Shown here one piece after another: positions 8,386-18,323 of a stretch of DNA of 64,000 nt (its first letter is position 1; the number at the start of each line of letters is the position of its first letter). This DNA is from a virus, in the IMG/VR virus record IMGVR_UViG_3300020045_003852, positions 16,015 to 80,014 of that record, one strand, 5' to 3'. Made by a program: the position numbers and the translations under genes. The notes beneath the pieces are model-generated. The model did no database searches. It had not been told where the DNA came from and worked only from the letters and a program-made list of their open reading frames with translations.

Positions 8386-10474
8386 TTGGATGGAAGGCGA
8401 TTGGATTATGGATATTGAAACTTATCCAAATATTTTTACATTCTGTGTTGTTTATTCCAGTGGTAAAGGCATGCGAGTTTTTGAAATAAGTGATAGAAAA
8501 AATGAAATTGAACAATTTATTGACTTCTTGCGTAAAGTAAAGAAGGCAAATCATCGTCTTGTTGGATTTAATAACATTGGATTTGACTACCCCGTTATTC
8601 ACCATATCATAGAGTGTTATAAGATCGGAAAACTTCTTACCGCAGAAGAAATTTATAACCACGCAATGAAAATCATTGAATCCAATCGTGGAGAACGCTT
8701 TGGTATTACAATTAAATCAAATGAAGTGATTATCCCGCAGATTGATCTTTACAAGATTCACCATTTCGATAATAAAGCTCGCTCTACTTCTTTGAAAATG
8801 CTTGAGTTCAACATGCGCTCAAATAACATTGAAGACTTGCCATTTCCAGTAGGAAAGATTCTCACAGAAGATGAGATGGATGTTCTTATCACATACAACA
8901 AGCACGACGTTTCACAGACTAGGAAGTTTTATCAAGCGTCAATTGGGGCTATTGAATTCCGCAATGAACTTACGAAGAAATATGGATTTGACTGTACTAA
9001 TTATAACGATACCAAGATCGGTAAAGAATACTTTATCAATAGTCTTGAGAAGGCAAATCCAGGATGTTGCTACACCAAAACAAAGTATGGACGGAAGGTA
9101 AAGCAGACAAAGCGTGCTGAAGTTGTTATTGGAAACATTATTTTTCCATATGTGTCGTTTGATCGTCCTGAGTTTCAGGCAGTGCTTGATTGGTTTAAGT
9201 CCCAAATTATTACAGAAACTAAAGGTGTGTTCTCTGACATTCGTGAATGTGATCTTGGAGATGTTGCGAAATATTCAGAGATGGTTGTAAAGCGTAAAAA
9301 GTTTCAAGGCATTCCATCTGTTGTCGATGTAAGCAAACTGAAGGCAGAAAATCCCCTCATGTGGATTGAGGAAAAGCAATTGGTTAGCCCGAAGGGTGCT
9401 AAAAGTTATTGGATGCACTATAATCTTGCTGAGAATCTGAACGTTGTCATTGATGGATTTCGCTTTGATTTTGGTACTGGTGGCATTCATGGTAGTATTG
9501 CAAGTCAAACAGTGAAGTCTGATAATGAATTTGTAATTATTGATGCTGATGTCACATCAATGTATCCAAACATTGCTATTGCAAATGAAGTGTATCCAGA
9601 ACATCTTGGAAAGACGTTTTGTAAAATTTATTCATTCGTGTTTGAGGAACGCAAACGATACCCCAAGGGCAGCGCAGAAAACGCCGTGATGAAGCTTGCA
9701 CTCAATGGGGTGTATGGTGACTCCAATAATGAGTTTAGTCCTCTCTACGACCCACAATACACGATGGCAGTCACTATCAATGGGCAGTTGTCGCTATGTA
9801 TGTTGGCAGAGAAACTTATCACAATTGAAGGGTGTTCGATTATTCAGTGCAATACAGATGGTGTAACTGTTAAGATTCCTCGTAATCAAAAACCGCTGTA
9901 TGATGAAATTTGTAATGAATGGCAGGAGATTGTTGGCCTTGATCTGGAGTATGCTGAATATGACGCGATGTATATCCGCGACGTAAATTCGTACATAGCC
10001 GTGTATACAGATGGAGATACAAAGAACAAAGGCGCTTACGAATATAAAGAACTTGGTTGGCACAAAAACCACTCATCTCTTGTAATCCCAATGGCAGCAG
10101 AACACGAAATTCTTGGTCGAGGAACGGCTGAAGAGTTTATTCTTGCTCACGATAATATGTGGGATTTTATGCTCCGCACAAAAGTAGATCGCAAAAGTCG
10201 TCTTGTGTTGGTCATGGAAGACGGTTCAGAGATTCAACAGCAAAATATTTGTCGTTACTATCCCTCTACGAAAGGGGGAAAACTGGTAAAGATCATGCCA
10301 CCACTACCTGATAAAGAAGATCAATCAGAACGTAGACTTAGCATTGAAGCAGAGTGGAATGTAGTTCCGTGTAATGACATTAATGAATTCAATTGGGATA
10401 TTAATTACGACTATTATTATGCGGAAGCAAGAAAGTTAATTGACCCGTTGAAAGGAGGAATTGTTGAACAATGA
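8354..10474 (+). CDS. DNA polymerase, family B-type
   Basis: Exo motifs DIE, GFNNIGFD, YNKHD; polymerase motifs DVTSMYP, KLALNGVYG, NTDG; the true start may be ATG 8390. Confidence 0.93.
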   Translation: MQDTLKDTERNWMEGDWIMDIETYPNIFTFCVVYSSGKGMRVFEISDRKNEIEQFIDFLRKVKKANHRLVGFNNIGFDYPVIHHIIECYKIGKLLTAEEIYNHAMKIIESNRGERFGITIKSNEVIIPQIDLYKIHHFDNKARSTSLKMLEFNMRSNNIEDLPFPVGKILTEDEMDVLITYNKHDVSQTRKFYQASIGAIEFRNELTKKYGFDCTNYNDTKIGKEYFINSLEKANPGCCYTKTKYGRKVKQTKRAEVVIGNIIFPYVSFDRPEFQAVLDWFKSQIITETKGVFSDIRECDLGDVAKYSEMVVKRKKFQGIPSVVDVSKLKAENPLMWIEEKQLVSPKGAKSYWMHYNLAENLNVVIDGFRFDFGTGGIHGSIASQTVKSDNEFVIIDADVTSMYPNIAIANEVYPEHLGKTFCKIYSFVFEERKRYPKGSAENAVMKLALNGVYGDSNNEFSPLYDPQYTMAVTINGQLSLCMLAEKLITIEGCSIIQCNTDGVTVKIPRNQKPLYDEICNEWQEIVGLDLEYAEYDAMYIRDVNSYIAVYTDGDTKNKGAYEYKELGWHKNHSSLVIPMAAEHEILGRGTAEEFILAHDNMWDFMLRTKVDRKSRLVLVMEDGSEIQQQNICRYYPSTKGGKLVKIMPPLPDKEDQSERRLSIEAEWNVVPCNDINEFNWDINYDYYYAEARKLIDPLKGGIVEQ

Positions 10475-11154
10475 AACACTCCGAAATTAAAACTCCAACT
10501 CCAGATAATTTCCCATATCAACTCCCAGATGGAAATTGGATTCAACAAATTGTAAATGCAACACTCGTCGATAAAGGGCCATATTTTTTACACCCGGAAG
10601 GTTCACCATATCTGGGATTATCACTAAGTGACCAGTGTGAACTAGCCAAAATTAGGCGACCAGTTGGCAAGATGCCTAAATGGAAAACTAGTCAAATGAG
10701 AGTTGCAACGAAACAAGATTACGAGAAATTATTGCTCGCATGTACAGAGGCATTGGTCAATGCGTGGTATGATACATCTCAACGTCTCGACTATGTTAAC
10801 ATATACGTTAAGTTGCCATTTAACTTTAGGTCATATTGGGATAAGAGTTTGCCTAGGGCATTTATTCTAGGTTACGATGACTGGAATATTGTTGCCTCGT
10901 GGAGAGTGAATAAAATTTTAGACTGGTTACACTCTAAAGGACACTCTCAATATTCATCTTCTGAGTTGAGGAAAAGCATATGGGCAATCCTGCTTGAACA
11001 AGACAAGATGGAGCTTTACTATTCTGTTGCATCTCAACAGAGTATTATTGAGTTGTACTCTGACATCATTGAAAGCAATAGTGACAAGAAGATGAATAGA
11101 AGTTTGCATGGAAGAAATAAGCAGAAAGTTGTTGACAATTCTGTTGAAGTATGA
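10471..11154 (+). CDS. hypothetical protein
   Basis: AGGAGG SD; ATGA overlap with pol. Confidence 0.75.
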   Translation: MKHSEIKTPTPDNFPYQLPDGNWIQQIVNATLVDKGPYFLHPEGSPYLGLSLSDQCELAKIRRPVGKMPKWKTSQMRVATKQDYEKLLLACTEALVNAWYDTSQRLDYVNIYVKLPFNFRSYWDKSLPRAFILGYDDWNIVASWRVNKILDWLHSKGHSQYSSSELRKSIWAILLEQDKMELYYSVASQQSIIELYSDIIESNSDKKMNRSLHGRNKQKVVDNSVEV

Positions 11155-11160
11155 AATAAT
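11132..11160 (+). promoter_or_regulatory. sigma70-like promoter
   Basis: TTGACA-17-AATAAT upstream of the SSB gene. Confidence 0.65.
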
Positions 11161-11211
11161 GATGCTTTCGTGTAGTACATAATTTATTAACAACAGTAAG
11201 GAGAAAGAACT

Positions 11212-12141
11212 ATGAGTTTTAAGCCAATCCAACAGAACCATAGCAGCAACGGTGCTGCTCAATTTGAACAACGTAATTATCCTACACCGAAGGCAGGTAG
11301 CCGACCTGCGAGGATTTCGCTAATCGTAGACTTGGGCATCCAAGAGCGTGAGGACTTTGAAGATAAGGCTACTGGTGAAGTTAAACCTCAGAAACCTGTT
11401 CAACAAGTAGTTGTCTTTGCTGATCTTGTCAATGATGTAGTTGATTATGGCGATGCAATTGGCAAGATGCCCTATCGTCTATGTCTTAACAAGACTTTCC
11501 AAGGCGAAACTCAAGGCGTAAACTTTACGGCTGTTCCCCCTCGTGATGCTGATGGTAATCAGATTCAAGGTAAGGCATGGGGCTTTCATCCACAAAACTT
11601 GCTTACTAAGATTGCCAAGGCTATTCAGAAGCCTGAAGTAATTGAGAGCATGGATATTGAGGAATTCTTGAATGAGGCTCTTATGGCGCAAGTTGAAGTC
11701 AAGAAGACCGAGAGCAAGGATAAGAAGGATGATGACGGTAATCCTGTAGTCTACACCAATGTCAATTATCGTGGAGCCTCTGAAGTTCCGATGGTAGAGG
11801 ATGATGAGGGCAATGAGGCTCCAATGAAGATTAAACAATTGGCTACTCCTGCAATGATTATTAGCTTTGACGATGCTAAGCCTGAGCAGATTAAATTCTT
11901 GCGTAAGAATCTTATTGCTAAGATTAAGTTGGCTAAGAACTATGCTGGATCAAAGATGGAGGCAGCAATTCAGGCATTTGAGAAGCAACAGAGTGCCTCA
12001 CAAGGGGCTTCTGAGGGGCAAGGAGAGGCTAAGAAGGATGAGGGTAAGCCTTCGGCTAAGGAAGCCCCGAAGAAGGCTGCTAAGAAGCCCGTAACGCCAC
12101 CCGTTGAGGATGATATTGACGACTCAGAATGTCCATTTTGA
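11212..12141 (+). CDS. single-stranded DNA-binding / recombination protein
   Basis: Acidic tail EDDIDDSECPF; position between pol and exonuclease. Confidence 0.7.
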   Translation: MSFKPIQQNHSSNGAAQFEQRNYPTPKAGSRPARISLIVDLGIQEREDFEDKATGEVKPQKPVQQVVVFADLVNDVVDYGDAIGKMPYRLCLNKTFQGETQGVNFTAVPPRDADGNQIQGKAWGFHPQNLLTKIAKAIQKPEVIESMDIEEFLNEALMAQVEVKKTESKDKKDDDGNPVVYTNVNYRGASEVPMVEDDEGNEAPMKIKQLATPAMIISFDDAKPEQIKFLRKNLIAKIKLAKNYAGSKMEAAIQAFEKQQSASQGASEGQGEAKKDEGKPSAKEAPKKAAKKPVTPPVEDDIDDSECPF

Positions 12142-12154
12142 TGTAAACTAATAA

Positions 12155-12180
12155 AGCCCTACTCTGTTTGGAGTAGGGCT
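12155..12180. terminator. 10-bp hairpin after SSB (terminator or processing site)
   Basis: AGCCCTACTC/GAGTAGGGCT; no U-tract on the + strand. Confidence 0.5.
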
Positions 12181-12192
12181 AAAGGAGACTCT

Positions 12193-13161
12193 ATGGAGAC
12201 AGACCTTTGTGTGATTGATGGAGATGTCTTGGCCTTTAGGGCATCAGCAGCGAATGAGAAACGAACGGTCATTGCAACACACATCAAGAGTGGTAAAGAA
12301 TGCACATTTAATAACCGGACAGAGTTGAAAGAATTTGTAATTGAGAAGAAAGGAAAATACAATCCGCTGGATTACTCTGTAAAAGATGTTCAAACTCCTA
12401 CGAGTATTGCATTTGTTAACCACTCAATGAAGACAACCATTAAATCTATTTGCGATTTTTGCGGAACAGGAAATTATCATATTGTTGTCGGAGGAGAGGG
12501 TAATTTCCGAGATGAACTAGAATTGCCCACTAAGTATAAAAATAACAGAATTGGAACAATCAGGCCAATGCTGCTTGCAGATGCTAAAGAATATCTGGTT
12601 GATAAATGTGGTGCAGAAGTTGCTAATGGGGCCGAATCGGACGATGTTCTAACATACTATCAATATGAAGGTTATCAAAAGAAAAAGAAAGTTGTATTAT
12701 GTACAAATGATAAAGATGCCCGTTCGCACCCTGGCTATCTTTACAACTGGACAGAGGAAGGTGCTGAGATTGTTAAGGTATCCGGGCTAGGTTATTTGTA
12801 CGAAAGGAAGACTGACATTAAGGGTTATGGCCGTAAATTCAGTTATTTGCAAATGCTAACTGGAGATGCTGTTGACGGATTCAAGCCAACTCAGTTGTGC
12901 GGAATTAAGTTCGGGGATAAGGGTGCTTTCAAATTACTTAACGAGTTAAAGACTGATCTTGAATGTTGGAAAGTTCTTGTTGAGCAATACAAAACATGGT
13001 ATCCTACTGATACGACGTATGTTGCTTGGAATGGTAATACTTACACTAAGAGTTGGCTTGAGATTATGCAAATGTATGTTGATTGTGTGCATATGCAACG
13101 TTGGCCCAATGACAGGCTTGTTGTATCAACAGTATTAGACAAACTTGGCATTAATTACTAA
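12193..13161 (+). CDS. 5'-3' exonuclease / RNase H (T7 gp6-like)
   Basis: IDGD, NFR, YKNNR, ESDD, DKD, GDAVDG motifs. Confidence 0.88.
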   Translation: METDLCVIDGDVLAFRASAANEKRTVIATHIKSGKECTFNNRTELKEFVIEKKGKYNPLDYSVKDVQTPTSIAFVNHSMKTTIKSICDFCGTGNYHIVVGGEGNFRDELELPTKYKNNRIGTIRPMLLADAKEYLVDKCGAEVANGAESDDVLTYYQYEGYQKKKKVVLCTNDKDARSHPGYLYNWTEEGAEIVKVSGLGYLYERKTDIKGYGRKFSYLQMLTGDAVDGFKPTQLCGIKFGDKGAFKLLNELKTDLECWKVLVEQYKTWYPTDTTYVAWNGNTYTKSWLEIMQMYVDCVHMQRWPNDRLVVSTVLDKLGINY

Positions 13162-13172
13162 AGGAGATTATA

Positions 13173-13967
13173 ATGTGCAATATACTTCCAAATAATAACA
13201 GGATTGTTGCGTCGTTTTCATGTGGCGCAGCAAGCGCCGTGGCTACAAAAATGGCAGTAGAAAAATATGGTGACAGAGTTATTGTGATTTACTGCGATAC
13301 ACTAAAGTATGAACATCCTGATAATCTTCGTTTCATGAAAGATGTTGAGAAATGGATAGGAAAGGACATTACTTTGTTGTCTAGTGAGAAATATACTGAC
13401 ATATTCGATGTGTTTAATAAAACTGGCTGGTTAGTCGGCCGCGCAGGTGCACGCTGCACAACAGAGTTAAAGAAAAACGTTGCAAAAAAATTTAGGAATC
13501 CCGGCGATATTAATATCATGGGGCTTACCGCAGATGAAGGACATCGAATTGATAGGTTTGAGGATCAAAACCCCGAGATAGGTGTGGAGTGGATTCTACG
13601 TGACAGCGCTATTACCAAATCGGATTGCTATAAGATACTCACTCAGGCAGGGATACGTCTTCCAAAAATGTACGAGTTAGGTTACAACAATAACAACTGC
13701 ATTGGGTGTGTAAAGGGGTCTATGGGGTACTGGAATAAAATTAGAATTGACTTTCCTTTAGCATTTAAGAGAATGGCGCAGCAGGAAAGAAAGATGGGTG
13801 TTGCTATTAACAAGTCCTTTGTCGGGGGGACACGGAGAAGTATATTTCTTGATGAACTAGACCCCAACGCTGGCAGGGATGTCCCTCTGCCAGATATTGA
13901 GTGCGGGGTAATGTGTATTAAAAATGAAGTAGAATACGACACTATTTCAATATACGATAATGTCTGA
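13173..13967 (+). CDS. PAPS reductase-like (PP-loop) protein
   Basis: SFSCGAAS PP-loop, EHPD, CTTELK, NNNCIGC. Confidence 0.8.
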   Translation: MCNILPNNNRIVASFSCGAASAVATKMAVEKYGDRVIVIYCDTLKYEHPDNLRFMKDVEKWIGKDITLLSSEKYTDIFDVFNKTGWLVGRAGARCTTELKKNVAKKFRNPGDINIMGLTADEGHRIDRFEDQNPEIGVEWILRDSAITKSDCYKILTQAGIRLPKMYELGYNNNNCIGCVKGSMGYWNKIRIDFPLAFKRMAQQERKMGVAINKSFVGGTRRSIFLDELDPNAGRDVPLPDIECGVMCIKNEVEYDTISIYDNV

Positions 13968-13981
13968 TTAAAGGAGAACCG

Positions 13982-14179
13982 ATGACTACAAAATGTAGTT
14001 CTTATCAACGAGGAGAGTACCACTGCAAGGACGGCCACGTTCAAACTGCTGCATGTGCAGGGGTTACTTTAGAGAGTATTGTTCCCACCTGTTGTAATGA
14101 AATACTTTGTGGGAGGCTCTATGAGCATAACGGAGGAAAACCCTCTGAAAAATTCGTAGATAATAAGGAAGTTAAATGA
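13982..14179 (+). CDS. small Cys-rich hypothetical protein
   Basis: AAGGAG SD. Confidence 0.6.
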   Translation: MTTKCSSYQRGEYHCKDGHVQTAACAGVTLESIVPTCCNEILCGRLYEHNGGKPSEKFVDNKEVK

Positions 14180-14580
14180 CTACAAACCCTAAAGATATTT
14201 GCGGAGGAAAGAAAGTAGGCGTTCATGTTGTCCCTCCAAATGTTATTACATCAATGGCATTAGCCCTTACCGAAGGTAAGCTTAAATATGGGCTTTCAAA
14301 TTGGAGACGACATTCAATTCATTATTCAGCCTATTACGATGCTGTAATGCGCCATATGTTTTCTTTCTGGAATGGAGAAGATATCGACGTAGATAGTGGG
14401 CTTCATCATGTTGTCAAAGCAATGGCAACATTGGCTGTTCTTGTTGATGCTATGCACAATAGTAAGGTAATTGATGACCGTCCTGTTGCAATCAATGACC
14501 CTGATTGGATGAATAAAATGAACATTGCACATAATGAGCTTGTTGAACGTGTTAATGCTAAGATGAAGGAGAATAAATAA
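14176..14580 (+). CDS. dATP/dGTP diphosphohydrolase domain protein (DUF5664)
   Basis: NPKD..G.KK, EGKLKYGLSNWR, AVMRH, GEDID.DSGLHH, DDRP. Confidence 0.82.
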   Translation: MTTNPKDICGGKKVGVHVVPPNVITSMALALTEGKLKYGLSNWRRHSIHYSAYYDAVMRHMFSFWNGEDIDVDSGLHHVVKAMATLAVLVDAMHNSKVIDDRPVAINDPDWMNKMNIAHNELVERVNAKMKENK

Positions 14581-14689
14581 TGATTGATCTACTCCTAACA
14601 GTTGTTCTTTGCTTGCTCGTTCCAGTAACTATGGCTGTATTTATATTTGTCGTCTACACATGCTACAATAGAGACAATAAAGGAAAGCC

Positions 14690-15022
14690 ATGACGTTTGC
14701 TGTTCCAGCGTGGATACTATGGCTAGGAATGAGCAATCTTGCTATTGCCTTTATCGAGTATACTTATCGAGCGGGTAACTACCAAACGTTCATCTCTGCC
14801 CTGCCGTATATCATTATCCCCATTCTAATCGGTCAATTAGGTCTTTTTAATGGGTTTGCTAAGGCAGACAACCTAATGCTTGCTGGGGCACTATTTAGCC
14901 TTATCAACATTGTTTTCAGAATTGGTGTGACATACTACCTAGGAGAAGAACTTAATTTAGTGAACTGGCTTGGGGTAGTGTTACTTATCGGAAGCGTTAT
15001 TTTGTTAAAGGTGAAAATATGA
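14690..15022 (+). CDS. small 4-TM membrane protein (SMR/DMT-like)
   Basis: Four hydrophobic segments; GEELNLVNWLGVVLLIGSV resembles the EamA/SMR C-terminus. Confidence 0.6.
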   Translation: MTFAVPAWILWLGMSNLAIAFIEYTYRAGNYQTFISALPYIIIPILIGQLGLFNGFAKADNLMLAGALFSLINIVFRIGVTYYLGEELNLVNWLGVVLLIGSVILLKVKI

Positions 15023-15297
15023 ATGAAAAGTTGAAGATTGTGGAAGATGTTTACGCTGACAGTTGTTTCTCTGGCTGTTACATCCTAAGTGATTTCATCA
15101 CTGTTGCAAATCGTCTAATCGAAATGTATGGAGATGTTAATGTTCGCCTTGATGCTGGATATAACAGTGTCGAAACAATTCTTGAGATTGAACGAGAAGA
15201 AACAAATGAAGAATTTGCACGAAGAACTACTAGAGAAGAAATGAATAAAATTACTCGTAGGAAGACATATGAGAAATTAAAGAAGGAGTTTGAATAA
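15019..15297 (+). CDS. hypothetical protein
   Basis: Coupled ORF. Confidence 0.7.
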   Translation: MNEKLKIVEDVYADSCFSGCYILSDFITVANRLIEMYGDVNVRLDAGYNSVETILEIEREETNEEFARRTTREEMNKITRRKTYEKLKKEFE

Positions 15298-15578
15298 TGA
15301 GTGACTACAAACGTGCCCCAACAACTTACGAAGTATGGAAGGCTATTAAAGCAGCACACACAGAACTAACAGTGTTTGGTAGTTATAGTGCTCCTGATGG
15401 CGACTATTTTGGTGATCCAAGTAAAGGTAAGATGTTTACAAGTTATGGGTTTCCACAAGGAGATTACCCTATAATGGAAGCAGAGACAACTTGGGATATT
15501 TCTTGTGATGAGCCATATAAGCGTAATAATGAACAACACGAGTATTGGTTGTGTCTACCTATTAAGGAGGAAGAATGA
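15297..15578 (+). CDS. hypothetical protein
   Basis: AAGGAG SD, TAATG overlap. Confidence 0.7.
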   Translation: MSDYKRAPTTYEVWKAIKAAHTELTVFGSYSAPDGDYFGDPSKGKMFTSYGFPQGDYPIMEAETTWDISCDEPYKRNNEQHEYWLCLPIKEEE

Positions 15579-15748
15579 TGAGCTGGAAGCTTTACTTCGA
15601 TACAATTAAGTGTCAAGAGGATTATGATAAGTTGAAGGCTACAGGGATGGCTTATGAACTGTTTCCTGATTTTCCTTCCGAATGGTTTGTATCTAAGACC
15701 CTCTCGGCGTTCTATGAGACACTTGTTGGTCGTGGGTATGATATTTGA
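15575..15748 (+). CDS. small hypothetical protein (not in ORF track)
   Basis: AGGAGG SD; MMSWKLYFDTIKCQEDYDKLKATGMAYELFP... Confidence 0.6.
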   Translation: MMSWKLYFDTIKCQEDYDKLKATGMAYELFPDFPSEWFVSKTLSAFYETLVGRGYDI

Positions 15749-16308
15749 TGGATAAAGTTGACAGGATTATTTCGGAAAACAAAGAAATCTGGAAGTCTAA
15801 AGCCATGTTTTTTAGCTTCCTCAAGGGATTATTTAGAAGGGGTTGGTCTAGGCACCCTGTAAAGATTAAACTTCTAAAGAAACATCGTGTCCAGATACCT
15901 AATCCGAATCCGAAGGGGAAGAAACCAACGGTTTGGGGGGCAAAATGTAGCGTATGCAACAGGTTGTTCCCGATGAATATGCTGGAGGTGGATCACGTTT
16001 TAGAAGACACAGCATCACTTACTAAGTTGTCTGACGTACAAACTTGTGTAGAGAAACTTCTTGTTATTGTAGAAGATGATTTACGTATTATTTGCAAAAA
16101 CGACCATGCCACAGCGACGTTAAGTCAACGTCTTGGTATCACTCTTGTAGAAGCAAAGATTGAGCAGCAAGTTATTGCATTTCGTAAACTCAACGCTGAA
16201 CAACAGAAAAAAGAATTGACAGACTTAGCAATTCCAAGTATAATGCTATCCACAGCAGCAAAGAGAGTTTCAGCCTATAGAGGTTATCTTAAAGGAGAAC
16301 AAACATGA
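15745..16308 (+). CDS. HNH-type endonuclease (replication-module nuclease)
   Basis: CSVC...EVDH...LRIICKNDH. Confidence 0.75.
   Translation: MMDKVDRIISENKEIWKSKAMFFSFLKGLFRRGWSRHPVKIKLLKKHRVQIPNPNPKGKKPTVWGAKCSVCNRLFPMNMLEVDHVLEDTASLTKLSDVQTCVEKLLVIVEDDLRIICKNDHATATLSQRLGITLVEAKIEQQVIAFRKLNAEQQKKELTDLAIPSIMLSTAAKRVSAYRGYLKGEQT
16216..16244 (+). promoter_or_regulatory. sigma70 consensus promoter (intragenic)
   Basis: TTGACA-17-TATAAT. Confidence 0.8.
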
Positions 16309-16631
16309 ATGAACAGTTTAGTAAAGAGCAACTTGCCGAAATCGTCCTTTGGTTTGCTAAAGATGACGGAGAGGATTGTCCATATGAAGCCGAAGATTGG
16401 GCTTGCAGTAATATCGAGACTGTTGAAGATGGTGACGATGTTGCTGAACACAAGACTGTTTACAACTCAAATATTTATCTTGTTGAAGGTATCTACTTTG
16501 AAGTAACCTTCACTCGTGATAATTGTGGCTATTGGGGCGATGGCGAGAGGTATGATCCAACTATTCGAGAAGTTGTCCCTGTTGATGTAGTTAAAACTGT
16601 TTGGCTTTCCAAGGAGAATGCTAATGTCTGA
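16305..16631 (+). CDS. hypothetical protein
   Basis: AAGGAG SD. Confidence 0.7.
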   Translation: MNEQFSKEQLAEIVLWFAKDDGEDCPYEAEDWACSNIETVEDGDDVAEHKTVYNSNIYLVEGIYFEVTFTRDNCGYWGDGERYDPTIREVVPVDVVKTVWLSKENANV

Positions 16632-16887
16632 GAATATCCTCGTCACAGAACAAGAGCGTAATATCATTCTCATTGGAATTGCTACAGCAGGGTATCTGTA
16701 CATTCTTGAGGATATTAATGCTTTGACATTTGCTGTTAATGCAACAGGTTATCATTTTGATGAGTATGGGGATATGCTTGACAAAGCATCTGTCAATATT
16801 ACAAATGATAAAGTCGAACATGTTCTGAAGCAAATGATTGCTGATGCTACGCCTAGCGTTGTTGCTTTGTCTGGCAATTTGAATTAA
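16618..16887 (+). CDS. hypothetical protein
   Basis: AAGGAG SD. Confidence 0.65.
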   Translation: MLMSENILVTEQERNIILIGIATAGYLYILEDINALTFAVNATGYHFDEYGDMLDKASVNITNDKVEHVLKQMIADATPSVVALSGNLN

Positions 16888-16904
16888 TAGGGAGATAATA
16901 ATTA

Positions 16905-17852
16905 ATGAATAGCTATATTGAGTGCTACGCAACACAAATTGAATCAATGATTAATAGTGGAGCATCAAAGAGGCAAGTTGCAAAGGAACTTGGTCTGCCT
17001 AAATCCAGCGTTAGCGATTGGCTTCGTACTAAGGAATTTAGTAAAGTTGTTGTAAAGCCAGTTAACAAAATGAAGATTCTTGTCATCGACATTGAAACTG
17101 CCCCCCTCGTGGCAGACCTCTGGAGTATCTGGCAGAACGGCGTAGGTTTGAATCAAGTAAAGAAAGATTGGCATCTTCTCTCTTTTGCTGCTAAGTGGTA
17201 TGGCGAAGAGGAAGTATTCTACTACGACCAATCTGATGAACGAGATATTGAAGATGACTTTAATATTTGTCATGTTCTGCATGATCTTCTCAATCAATGC
17301 GATGCCACACTTACACAAAATGGACGTAAGTTTGACTTGAAGAAGATTAATGCCCGTTTTGTTATTAATGGTCTTCCTCCTGTTCGTCCATCACGAGTAA
17401 TTGATACGCTGGAAATAGCGAAACGCGAGTTTGGCTTTACATCAAATAAGCTTGAGTATATGACTGATACGTTGTGCAAGAAATATAAAAAGCTTCAGCA
17501 TCAGAAGTTCCCAGGACATACTTTGTGGACAGAAGTAATTAAGGGAAATCCTGAAGCATGGGCTGAGATGAAGGAATACAATATTAACGACATTCTTTCT
17601 CTGGAGGAGTTGTATGATATTATCAAACCCTTCTCAAGTAAGCATACTAATGTTGCTCTTGCACAAGATAATGGCGTTCCAACGTGTCGTATTTGTGGTG
17701 GAACACATTTGAGTAATTCTGGTGATTGGCACACTTCGTTGTCTGTGTATGACTTGTATCGTTGCGATGACTGCGGGGCGTATAGCAGAGGTCGTAAGAC
17801 GAATACGACAAAGGAACAACGTAACAACGTCACAATGGCTACGATTTCTTAA
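16905..17852 (+). CDS. RNase H-like 3'-5' exonuclease with N-terminal HTH and C-terminal Zn ribbon
   Basis: DIET, NGRKFD, IDTL, YNIND; CRIC/CDDC; HTH KRQVAKELGLPKSSVSDWL. Confidence 0.82.
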   Translation: MNSYIECYATQIESMINSGASKRQVAKELGLPKSSVSDWLRTKEFSKVVVKPVNKMKILVIDIETAPLVADLWSIWQNGVGLNQVKKDWHLLSFAAKWYGEEEVFYYDQSDERDIEDDFNICHVLHDLLNQCDATLTQNGRKFDLKKINARFVINGLPPVRPSRVIDTLEIAKREFGFTSNKLEYMTDTLCKKYKKLQHQKFPGHTLWTEVIKGNPEAWAEMKEYNINDILSLEELYDIIKPFSSKHTNVALAQDNGVPTCRICGGTHLSNSGDWHTSLSVYDLYRCDDCGAYSRGRKTNTTKEQRNNVTMATIS

Positions 17853-17869
17853 CTCAAAGGAGAACACAA

Positions 17870-18136
17870 ATGCGAGCACTCCAAGTTAACCTTCAATCAA
17901 TTCCTGCAACAGCGTTTTTGAATAGGGAAGAAAAAGCTGTGATGTTTGTAAAGCATGGCAACGGGAACTTCATTGATTTTCAAGATGGAAGCGATATGGT
18001 TGCTTGGACTCGTGAGGCTCTATGTATCGGAGATACTTCGTATCCCTATAACAAATGGAATATTATTGAAGAGGAGTCTCCATTGAAGCAATATTTTCGT
18101 AGCGTGTTGAAAGAGCCTCTGGCTAATTTGGGATAA
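17870..18136 (+). CDS. hypothetical protein
   Basis: AAGGAG SD. Confidence 0.7.
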   Translation: MRALQVNLQSIPATAFLNREEKAVMFVKHGNGNFIDFQDGSDMVAWTREALCIGDTSYPYNKWNIIEEESPLKQYFRSVLKEPLANLG

Positions 18137-18147
18137 AGGAGAGTAAC

Positions 18148-18312
18148 ATGAATTTTAATATTGATGACAACACCATTGCTGCGTGGGTACAAGAAGTACA
18201 AAATGATATTTACGCTGATGAAGACTCAGATGAGGCTTGGTCAATGGGCTTTGATGAAGGTAGGCAAGGAACTCTAGTAGAAGTTCTTGAGGCGCTAGGA
18301 ATCGAACACTAA
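18148..18312 (+). CDS. small acidic hypothetical protein (not in ORF track)
   Basis: AAGGAG SD; MNFNIDDNTIAAWV...LGIEH. Confidence 0.6.
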   Translation: MNFNIDDNTIAAWVQEVQNDIYADEDSDEAWSMGFDEGRQGTLVEVLEALGIEH

Positions 18313-18323
18313 GGAGAACGAAG

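Noticed and set aside
8354-10474. Intron or intein in the DNA polymerase
   Set aside because: The ORF is continuous, with all motifs in order and no splice-junction signatures.
14176-14580. Z-genome (2-aminoadenine) pathway
   Set aside because: DUF5664 alone is insufficient; no PurZ or DatZ is visible in the window.
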